Of a DNA stretch of 64,000 bases, positions 24,393 to 33,900 are shown in pieces. The notes beneath the pieces are model-generated. The model was not told the DNA's origin, did not search any database, and worked only from the letters and a program-made list of their open reading frames with translations. The stretch lies in IMG/VR virus record IMGVR_UViG_3300029858_000005; one strand, given 5' to 3'. Each line of letters starts with the position of its first letter. Position 1 is the first letter of the stretch. Origin of the DNA: a virus. Both the position numbers and the translations under genes were made by a program.

Positions 24393-24737
24393 TCACTTAC
24401 CTCTCTTACTCTTAATGAAGTGCAGAATATCCCACTTCTTCCAATATCGGGTGTGCCCACGTTTCTTGCATTCGCCATGGGGCAAATCGCCCCTAGCCAC
24501 CATTCTGTTAAGGGTAGCATCAGAAACTCGCAATTTTTCCTTGACCTCCTCGGTGCTCATCATAGGGTTGAGAGCATACGGCAGATAGTTCTCACAAAGG
24601 TCTTCTATCTCATCGCTACTCATTCCGCAAGCAGTTACCTTCTCCCCTCTCTTCTCTTGCTCGTCTGCTCGAAAGCAAGAGTCAGACAACGATTTTAATA
24701 ACACTCCCAAGGTGTGATAACCAAATAACTTTCCCAT
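24393..24737 (-). CDS. HTH DNA-binding protein (excisionase-family HTH at C-terminus)
   Basis: VSDATLNRMVARGDLPHGECKKRGHTRYWKKWDILHF. Confidence 0.55.
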   Translation of the reverse strand: MGKLFGYHTLGVLLKSLSDSCFRADEQEKRGEKVTACGMSSDEIEDLCENYLPYALNPMMSTEEVKEKLRVSDATLNRMVARGDLPHGECKKRGHTRYWKKWDILHFIKSKRGK

Positions 24738-24741
24738 ATCA

Positions 24742-25293
24742 TTATAATCTAGAGATTAAACTTTGACAGCCCTTGCCTGAGAAATACTTGTCGGCAAAAC
24801 CATATACATAAAATATAATGGTCATTACAAGTATTACAACATTAGCTTCCACCATTTCGTTGGTGGTAAAAACATTCCAGTATACGATATGAATAGCATT
24901 TATCCCAAATAGGTAGATTATCATCGGAATACGCCATCTGTAGCAGAGCCAAAAGAATCTGCTCGCAAGTATAAGCACAAGCGGATGGATGTAAACGGAA
25001 AAATAGATAAATGCTGCCGATACCCAATTCTCCTTAAACCATACGCACATTTCTTTTTCATGAGACGCAAATGTTACCATGCATGCAATATGAAAAAGCA
25101 TGATAAACAGAGGCATCACTTCACAATAATACTTAAACCAAGTGAGTAGCTTTATGCTGTAGCCTCTACCTGCAAGGATAATGACGTTTATAATTTCGCT
25201 AACGTCCATGTCCTTAAACATTACTCTTGACAACTGTACAACACCGACTGATTGAACTAACCGATGGACTTCGTCTTTTTGTTCTTCTGTCAT
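24742..25293 (-). CDS. multi-pass membrane protein
   Basis: 183 aa with 4-5 hydrophobic segments. Confidence 0.6.
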   Translation of the reverse strand: MTEEQKDEVHRLVQSVGVVQLSRVMFKDMDVSEIINVIILAGRGYSIKLLTWFKYYCEVMPLFIMLFHIACMVTFASHEKEMCVWFKENWVSAAFIYFSVYIHPLVLILASRFFWLCYRWRIPMIIYLFGINAIHIVYWNVFTTNEMVEANVVILVMTIIFYVYGFADKYFSGKGCQSLISRL

Positions 25294-25358
25294 TGAAATA
25301 CCTCCTTTTGTCTATAGTTAATTGTTCATAATTCGTTGATTTAAATTAAATGATGGTG

Positions 25359-25366
25359 CAAAGATA
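25359..25366 (-). promoter_or_regulatory. Bacteroidota-type -7 box TATCTTTG (minus strand)
   Basis: Plus-strand CAAAGATA lies 66 nt upstream of the start at 25293. Confidence 0.4.
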
Positions 25367-25454
25367 CAGTTTTTTGCACAAAATTAATGGAAATGAGAAT
25401 GTTTCTGTGTTAAATTTCATAAAAAGTAACAATCTGAAAGTAGACGGCTACAAA

Positions 25455-25496
25455 AATAGCGTTAGAACGGCTTTCTTGCCTAATTCTAACGCTATT
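25455..25496. terminator. 13-bp perfect inverted repeat (hairpin; terminator-like)
   Basis: AATAGCGTTAGAA (25455-25467) pairs with TTCTAACGCTATT (25484-25496). It lies just downstream of the stop of 25516..25980. Confidence 0.5.
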
Positions 25497-25515
25497 TCTA
25501 TCTACTTATCAGTGT

Positions 25516-25980
25516 TTATCCTATCACAACATCAAGGGTCTCCATATCAGCGAACTTCAAGCCGCAATCTTTCGCTGCCTTGAACAACTCCTTCTCGTCA
25601 ACTGCCTCGATGGCTACCTCTACCTCCTTGTCGGCAAGTTCCTTGAAATACTTCTCGGTCTTCTGCTTCTGATTGAAGAAGTACTCATTGACCTCAGCGA
25701 ACTTGGCTGAATCGTCCTTGGTGTATTCGTAGCCCTCATTGGCGTGCTTCTTCTCCAACTGCTGGCACTCCTGAAGCTTGCGCTGCATCTCCTCGAACTT
25801 ATCGTCCTTCAAGCTCTGCTGCGCTTCCTCCACATCCTTGTCGTAGGTATCGGCTACTTGGCGCAGTGCCTTCATATTCTTCCAAACTCGCATAGCGGCA
25901 TCATCGCTCATTGATGATGTCTTCAATGCCTTCAATGTTCTGTAGGCTGCAACAGCCTCGATTGTCTTAATCTTTTTCAT
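25516..25980 (-). CDS. hypothetical protein
   Basis: 154-aa ORF. Confidence 0.6.
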   Translation of the reverse strand: MKKIKTIEAVAAYRTLKALKTSSMSDDAAMRVWKNMKALRQVADTYDKDVEEAQQSLKDDKFEEMQRKLQECQQLEKKHANEGYEYTKDDSAKFAEVNEYFFNQKQKTEKYFKELADKEVEVAIEAVDEKELFKAAKDCGLKFADMETLDVVIG

Positions 25981-26233
25981 AATTGTTTCTATATTTTTAT
26001 GTTATACAATATTCTTCGTCAGATTGCCATAGCAGAATACCTTTCCTATTAACAGTACAAAGTTAAGAAAATAATTCCGAATAGCAATGCAGGAGGAGCA
26101 AAATTTACGAATTTTAAAAATCAGCTTCCCCTCGTTGGGTAATCACTAGGTCGCAACGTGTCTGCTTTCTCGGTGAGAACGTAAACCACAAATACGTTTC
26201 TATCACATTTGTTACATTAATAATATTTACGTT

Positions 26234-27547
26234 TTAACGCATAATATAACTACCTCCTGGAGGAACTTGTTTCCATCCACCATCTATATTAATTTCAAAA
26301 GATAATTGACACATTTGTCCATAATATCCTCCTTCATAAATATTATCAAATCTTATATATACTTCAATATAATCTGTTCTATCACCTTCAGGAATAGTTA
26401 CAGAGCCTGCACCTTGACCAGAGCTATTAGATACATAACCTCTTCCGTATGTTGTCTTTTTACTAGTAGGCATACGAAAAGTCTGATTATTACCATAACT
26501 ACAAACACTTCTAAACATACCATCAGTAACTGTTAATGCAGCATCAGGAAGTTTATATATTTTAGCTTTACAAATACAACTAGCACCAACTAATTCTCTC
26601 AACGATGAGAAATCAACAAAACCACTAGAACCACTTTTAATACTTTCCATATTAATTTGTCTAGGATAATATTTAAAACTAATAGCACCCGGAAGAGATA
26701 TGAAAATTATTTTTGTATCATCATATAAAGTTGCATTACGAGTGTATGCTAAAAAAGGTACAATAGTAATAACCTTATCTCCACTACCTATATCAAAAGT
26801 TATTTCTCTACCAGCATATATATAATCTGTTGGTTTTTTGCAATTACCAACATAATAATTTTTATAAATCTTATCAGTAGTATTATATGGTGAATCATAA
26901 CGAATTTGAATCCAAAAAGACCAAGCTAAAGATAAATCAGGTATTATATCATCCATAGTAAGATTTGTGTTATTATCCACATGTGTATTCATATATAATA
27001 CACAATTAAATTTACGAATTGAAGAATAATAAACTTCAACAGTATTATATTGAGGAAGAGAAGTCAGACATCTATTGTCTATTGCTTTGCTATTGTAGTT
27101 TCTAAAATCACTTAATCTATAAGGAGAATTAGCACCACCTTTTGGAAAATGTTTTCCTGATACCATTGTAGTTGTATCAGCACTAATACCACCATTTTTT
27201 CCATATATATTATCTACATAAAGGTTGTAACAACCATTAATTGCAAAACCTTCTCCTCCATAATTATTACGTAAGTTTTTATAAGTATCCATAGGTATAT
27301 TCATACCACAACGAACAACACAAGTAAATTTACTATATGAAGATGTTGCTTTTTCATCAGAATCTTCTCTAATAGGATATTCTTTAAATTCACCTTTACA
27401 ATTAATAGGTTTATACTTACTCCATATATTTATATTTTCACTCTTACAAAGAGTAGCAAGGTCATTGCTACTCTCTCCAAGAGCTTGTTTAACATCATCA
27501 ATGCTAACAGGAGCACTAATAATTCCGTTTTCACTATTGTAAGACAT
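26234..27547 (-). CDS. hypothetical protein downstream of the tail fibre, strongly AT-rich (candidate receptor-binding/fibre accessory protein)
   Basis: 437-aa ORF. Position and composition are the only evidence; for example 26281-26340 has 15 G+C of 60. Confidence 0.65.
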   Translation of the reverse strand: MSYNSENGIISAPVSIDDVKQALGESSNDLATLCKSENINIWSKYKPINCKGEFKEYPIREDSDEKATSSYSKFTCVVRCGMNIPMDTYKNLRNNYGGEGFAINGCYNLYVDNIYGKNGGISADTTTMVSGKHFPKGGANSPYRLSDFRNYNSKAIDNRCLTSLPQYNTVEVYYSSIRKFNCVLYMNTHVDNNTNLTMDDIIPDLSLAWSFWIQIRYDSPYNTTDKIYKNYYVGNCKKPTDYIYAGREITFDIGSGDKVITIVPFLAYTRNATLYDDTKIIFISLPGAISFKYYPRQINMESIKSGSSGFVDFSSLRELVGASCICKAKIYKLPDAALTVTDGMFRSVCSYGNNQTFRMPTSKKTTYGRGYVSNSSGQGAGSVTIPEGDRTDYIEVYIRFDNIYEGGYYGQMCQLSFEINIDGGWKQVPPGGSYIMR

Positions 27548-27680
27548 AATCTTTATTTTTTAAATATTCAACTTTAGTTACTAATTCTGTTACAACTTCT
27601 TTAGTAACAACTTGCTCTACTGTTACATTACTTAGAACACTAGGCAAGGCAGCTCTATAAGAGCCACCCTGCGTTAATGC

Positions 27681-27986
27681 TTACTCTGCTGCCTCGCTTG
27701 CCATATTAGCGGCGATAGCGGAATTGACCTCCTTAATCAATGCTGATACCTCACTGAGCTTGCTCTGCGGAACACCGCTGATGTTGTAGGTCAGCTCGCT
27801 GCCGTTGGAGCTTGCGTTGGCATTGCCGAGATAATTACCATTTGGGTCACCATAGATACTCATATTGATGCTCTCAATGTTGCCACCCGTCTTGTCAACA
27901 TTGTAGGTGATTTCTACTCGATAGCCGCCCTTTGTGTAAGTGGCGGTTGTCTGTTCACTCTTCTTGTTAATCTTTAAATTCTCCAT
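27681..27986 (-). CDS. hypothetical protein
   Basis: 101-aa ORF that starts 9 nt after the fibre gene stop. Confidence 0.6.
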   Translation of the reverse strand: MENLKINKKSEQTTATYTKGGYRVEITYNVDKTGGNIESINMSIYGDPNGNYLGNANASSNGSELTYNISGVPQSKLSEVSALIKEVNSAIAANMASEAAE

Positions 27987-27994
27987 TTTCTTAA

Positions 27995-30900
27995 CTAATT
28001 TAATAAATTAATATTCTTGTTATCTAATCTCTTCTTGTTGCAGTCTTCCTTATCTCCACTCAATCGCAGAACCTCTGATTCAAGGAAGACCACCCGAGCC
28101 TTCAACCTGCTGACCTCATCGCCCACCTGCTCGATAGCACCGAATGCCGTTGCAATCAGCTTCGGAGACCAGTAGTTAATCTTGTAATAGCCCTTCTCGT
28201 CAGTCTCCACGATGTCCTTTAAGTGAGGGTTGCACAAGACGTGTTGGGCAATCCAACCGATAGACCTTGTGTTGTCCTTCTTCCAAGCAAAGCTGAACGT
28301 GCCACCCATTGCCTTGATGATACCCAAGTAGTCCAGCTTCCGCAAATCCTGCTTCAAGCGGATGTCAGAAGATTGATAAGCTGTAACTCCACCTTTAGCA
28401 AGAATGCTATTAGGGAAGTAAGTATTCATATAAGCGTCATAATCATATATATGACCAGTAGTACTAATTGTATATCTGTCACCATTATAGCTATATTTAG
28501 TTAAAGCTAAAGCTCTAATTTTAACAACAATACCATTACGTAAATTAGTATTATTGCTAGGGTGACTAAATACTAATCTTACATAACGATATGTATCATT
28601 ACCAACATTTACATTTAAAGGACCAACACAAATATCACATTTGTGTGCCCATCCTTTTATTATTTTAGAAACATATTCTTTATAACCACCAGTACTACTT
28701 CCAAAGTATACTTGACATTTTATATCAACTCCATTATTTACATCAATACTTATCCAACTAAGTTCTTGATATATTTCATCAGGAATCTTAACAGTAACTC
28801 TAAGTTGATTTTTCTTTATTTGAGCAAGTTTATCAGCCTCAGTATTACCAATCATATTATCAGACCCTAAAAAATAATTAAATACCCTAACATTATCATT
28901 TACAAGATTAAATCTATTTTCTGGATTACCAGGATATGTATTCCAACTAGCACCGTTATCAGTTGAATATTCTACTTGTATATTATCCTGAGGAATACCA
29001 TTAAACATATTAGTAACATTAGCTCCAATACTACCATCCCAATTTTGTAATGACGTACCATATACATTTGAATCAGAGGTTGTAAACATTGTACCTCTAG
29101 CAGTAAGCATATTGTTAACTTTAACTGGACCATTAAATGTAGCACCGCTGTTAATATCAATACTAGTAAAATGAGCATTACCATTTTGATATATATACCA
29201 ATAATTAGAACCATTATGACTACATATATCTTGAACTTTCACCCAATTACTATTATTAGCATTACCTAAATATAAATCACCACCACTACCTCCAATTCTA
29301 GCTCCAGCATCAGGAGTTATAGTTGTAATACCTGGAAATTTAAGTGTACCATTACTTCTTTTATTAGAATAATAATTAAATACAGTTCCATCGGCTATAC
29401 CTAAATATATAGCATTAGCAACAGTATCATATTTAAGACCAGCCCAATCACTATACTCCCAGTCGGCTGCTCCAAAACGAATAGCAGCACCAGTATTAAA
29501 TACTACTTGGTCTTTTATAGCTGATATACGAGCATTAGCATTTACATTATTATTTAATATTATAGCTCCGTTTTCAGAATCACTATTGTTTATATATATA
29601 GTTCCGTTAACATTACCAGTTCCATCAAAACTTTGACCCCATATCGTTCTTGCTGCCGCAAGTTTTGTTGCAGAAGCTACATTTATATTATGTATATCAG
29701 TACCGTTAAGAAGTAACTTACCATAGTCTAACCTTAATGTGTTAGCTGTTTTAATAGTCATACCAAAGTAATCAGTAATAGTAGTACTATATGCTCCAGT
29801 ATTTGGATAACGATGGTCAAATCCATACCAAGGATGTTTATTAGTACCATCACTCCAAACATCGTTCCAATTAGGAGACCAATTTATATTACCATTAAAA
29901 GTTCTACCATCAGTACCATGAAGTCCATCAACTGTATCTGCGTTACCAGCACTACTAGCATAATTAACACTAATATTACTAATACTTTTTGTAGTTCCAC
30001 CAACGGTTATACTAATTCCCTTATCAGAATTAGATAGAGCAGTAAGAAGTCCACTTGCATGGTAACCATCTACAGTGTCAGAATTGCCTGCGCTGCTAGC
30101 ATATCCATTATGCAAAGCATTATATAAACTATTTGCACCTTTTTGACTAAGACTTGTACCAGTAGAAGTTCCACTATAACTATCAGTAATTCCTCTCCAA
30201 GTATTTTGCCAAGTAGTAGAAACACCATTGATAGTAATAGTTTGACCACTTACAGAACCAGTAACAAAGTTTTTGTCATTAGTAAGTTGACTAAGTTTAG
30301 TAAGATTACCTTTATGATAAACTTCATATTCAGCATCATATTTACTAGTAGTTCTAACTACATTATTGCTAAAATATAATACTCCATTTGCTGCACGAAT
30401 ACCATCATAGTTGCCATTACTTCTACAAAAAAGAATAGCTTCTGTAGGGGAATCAGATAAATCTTGAGTATAAACGCTATTAACTCCAATAATATCAGAA
30501 TTTCGCATATTTATACCATAAGCATTATTAGAATAATATCTATCATTAGCCATGTTAAGAATACTAACATCTTGATGACTAGTAAGATAACCTTGACTTT
30601 TAACCCAAGATTGCGTAGCATACCCATTAAGAGATTGATGACTAGTAAGATAAGTTCCTAAATCTACAGCAGCACCTCCACTAGCTGCAATAGTTTTAGT
30701 AACACCGTTAATCTTTACACTATGAGTATGACTAGTTGCCGACTTACCACTAAGAAGTGAATCTACACTACTTTTGGTATAATAGTTAGCAAGACTTTGG
30801 TGAGAAGTTAAAAATGTAGCACCTTTAGTAAATGTAATACCCTTTCCGCTTTTAGATACAGACGTGATAGCATTCCCACTTCCACTTACAGATATTGCAT

Positions 30901-33900
30901 TAACGTAACCATCAAGTGACTGATGACTAGTTAAGAACGTACTACCTTTAACTACGCTGATAGTAGTACCATCCTTGGTGACAGACGTAACCGCATTACC
31001 GCTACCGCTGACAGAAATAGCAGTAGCACTACCACCTTCCAAGCTGGAGATACGAGAATCAAGAGCCTTAATAGAGTAGGCAGAAGCTATCTCAGACAGC
31101 GATTCTGATGTAAGCTTCAAGGCATTTGAATAACTCTTCACACTGCCGTTCAAGCCGCCACCACCGCCCGTGGTAGATGCTCCTGCTCCGTATGCCGTGA
31201 TACCGCCTGTGGCATAGAGATTACCATCAATTTTGATAGCCTTGTTTGTGGAATCATACGTGAGCTTAATGCCATGGAAGGAGATTGTACCCTCGAATGT
31301 AGCATCGCCCGATACGCCAAGTTTAGAGAATGGAGCGTTTGGCTTCAAAGACACAAGGTCGGCAACGCTCGTTCCTGCACTTCCTTCCTTCCAAGTCGGC
31401 TCGAAGAAGATGAGGTATGCGCCAAGATTCTTTTCGCTGATGATAAACGATGTCGGGTCTGCGTGAACCTTTCCGCTCACATCCCACCAGATAGCACCAT
31501 TGGCAAGATAACCAGAGCCATCGAAGCGGATGAGGGAGGTTGCAGGGGTAAGATTTCCGCTATTATAGTCCTTATCCACCATCTGACCGCCCCACCATGT
31601 TGCGATACTCTTCTTACCTCTGTTCGGGTCTATTGCTCCGTTGATACCGCTCTGAACGTTTCCGTCTCCGTCTCTCAGCGCAAGGAGCGTTGTCATTACA
31701 AGACCACCGTCAATATCTGTAGTCTGACCGAGCGCATCCTTGAGATACTTGTAACCTGCGAGGTCTGTGATATTCTGCTTCAAGTCACCATATATCTTGC
31801 TAGTGATATAGGCGTTTGCCAAGCCAAGTTTGTCATAGAATGCGCTGTATGTGGACTGAAAGTTGGTGAACTTCGTTCCCACGGCTGAGACGATAGTAGC
31901 CTTGCCGTTTGTATCAGACGCATTGTATCTTGCTGATATATCTGAGAGATACGTAACGAGTTCCGTCTTGGCAGTCGTGAGGGTAGCAAAAGCGGTGTTG
32001 AGGTCGGTGAGTTCCTTGGTGTTCGTCAGCACCTCTGCTTCCTTCACCTCATTGTACGACTTCTGTGCTGCCGCAAAATCATCCTCAAGTCGCTTAGAAT
32101 CCTGCGCCATTGCCGCAATCTCGGAAGGCTCCAGGTAGCCATCGGTAACATAATTATCGAATTCCTTCTTGTTATCAGTGACCGTCTTTCCGAGGTTCGT
32201 AATGTCTGTCTGTGCGGTCTGTGCCGCCTTCTGAGCATTTTCTGCCGCCTTTTTGGCTGCGTTGGCAACGGTATCATCGGTGTATTTAGATGCTTTAATC
32301 CAATCACCGATGGCGAACTGAGAACCAGCCGCTTTGTTAGTCTGACAGCGCAATACCTCATTCTTGTAGGTACTGCCGTCAGAAGGATAAGTGGCATTAA
32401 CCCATATATCGCCAACCTGATAAGGTGTCGTAGGCTGAACGCTGAACACCTTCATTTTCCCGTTTGCGGTCTCCTGTGCCATTCTTGCATCGGAAAGGGC
32501 TTTGGCGATGTCGGTATCTGTAATTATAGTCCACTTATAGGTGTTGCTATCCTTGGCAAAGCGGTATGCCTTGCCCGTCTTGTTGTCGTAGTAAAGGTCG
32601 CCAAGATGGATTTCTTTATCCTTATCGGTCTTCCAACTGATGGCTGGGGCATTCTCCAAGGTAGGAACACCATCATAGAACCACGTTTCGATAGCACCAT
32701 CCACCTGATTCTGCAAGTCGGCAATCTTCTTGAAATACTGAGACAATTCCTTGCCATCCACAGTGGATTTAGCGGAAATCTTAGCCTTAACAGACATTTG
32801 CTTAGTGCTGCTATCATATCTGATATAAGAGCTGCCCTCATAGCCATTCTCCTTTGTAGGTCTATCACCTACATACATATCACCATAGACGTTGAAGAAT
32901 GCCTTGTTATTCTGCTTATTCACACCATATTCCACGTACTCCCTATTGGCAAAGGAATAGCTGTTGATGCCGTGATAGAGGCTGATGGATGGCGAATAGG
33001 TATCTACCGCCGAGAAGATAAGGCAGTTCTGACGTTCTACATCGGTTCTGTTACCGCACTGATTGAGTACATCACCTTTAGCAGGAACATCGCTTGCCGT
33101 AGCGCAATCGGTATCAGAGAGGTCGATATAATGATATTTCTTTCCTTCCAACTCTACTGGTTCCTCGTCACGACCGATTACCAATCGCCAATAGAAGTGA
33201 TTACCAGCCTTGTGATAAGTACCCTTGCGAACGTTGAATGATTCCGAGCGCACTTGGTCGTTAACCGCGAAGTCGTTATCTACCTCATCACCATCCTGCT
33301 CTGCTAAGAAATAGCAACGATAAGCCTTCTGTGACACATTATTGTATGTCACAGTAACCTCTTCTACCTTATGAGCCACCACGCCGCCAGCAGGAGAGAT
33401 TATCTCCTTACCACCGATGGTGGATGTTTTATTGATAACCAGCTCCTCGAAGATAGCCTTCATTCTTACCTCCAAGTAATCTGTGATGAGGTGCGAACGA
33501 CCTTCTGCATCGGGAGTCCACGACCCTCCACCGACAAGCAATCCCTGCAAGAACTTCTGCACCTTTTCCCAAGTGATGGTGCCGTTGGCTATGTCATCGT
33601 TTATCTTTGAGATGAAGTGCTTACTTCCCTCTGTTGCAATCTGGCCTTTGACTTGTGTAGTTGTCAAGCCTGCACCTGTTCCGCCATTTCCACTTTGGAG
33701 CGACGATATCTGCTGTTGGATCTTCTGGATAGTTCCAACCTCCTTATCCTCGCGAAGAGTTATATCGTAGGTAGGAATCTTACCATCTTCTTCCTTGATT
33801 GTGAGCTGATCTATGGATATTACACCGCCAATTCTGAGGTCAGTATCCTCAAACTCCATCAAGTCTCCGGCTTTGAGCGTATCATGAAGACTCTTGATAA

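Noticed and set aside
28223-30661. Many 60-95-aa plus-strand ORFs inside the AT-rich part of the fibre gene
   Set aside because: They are antisense to the uninterrupted 2625-aa ORF and have Ile/Ser/Thr/Asn-rich low-complexity translations typical of AT-rich shadow frames.
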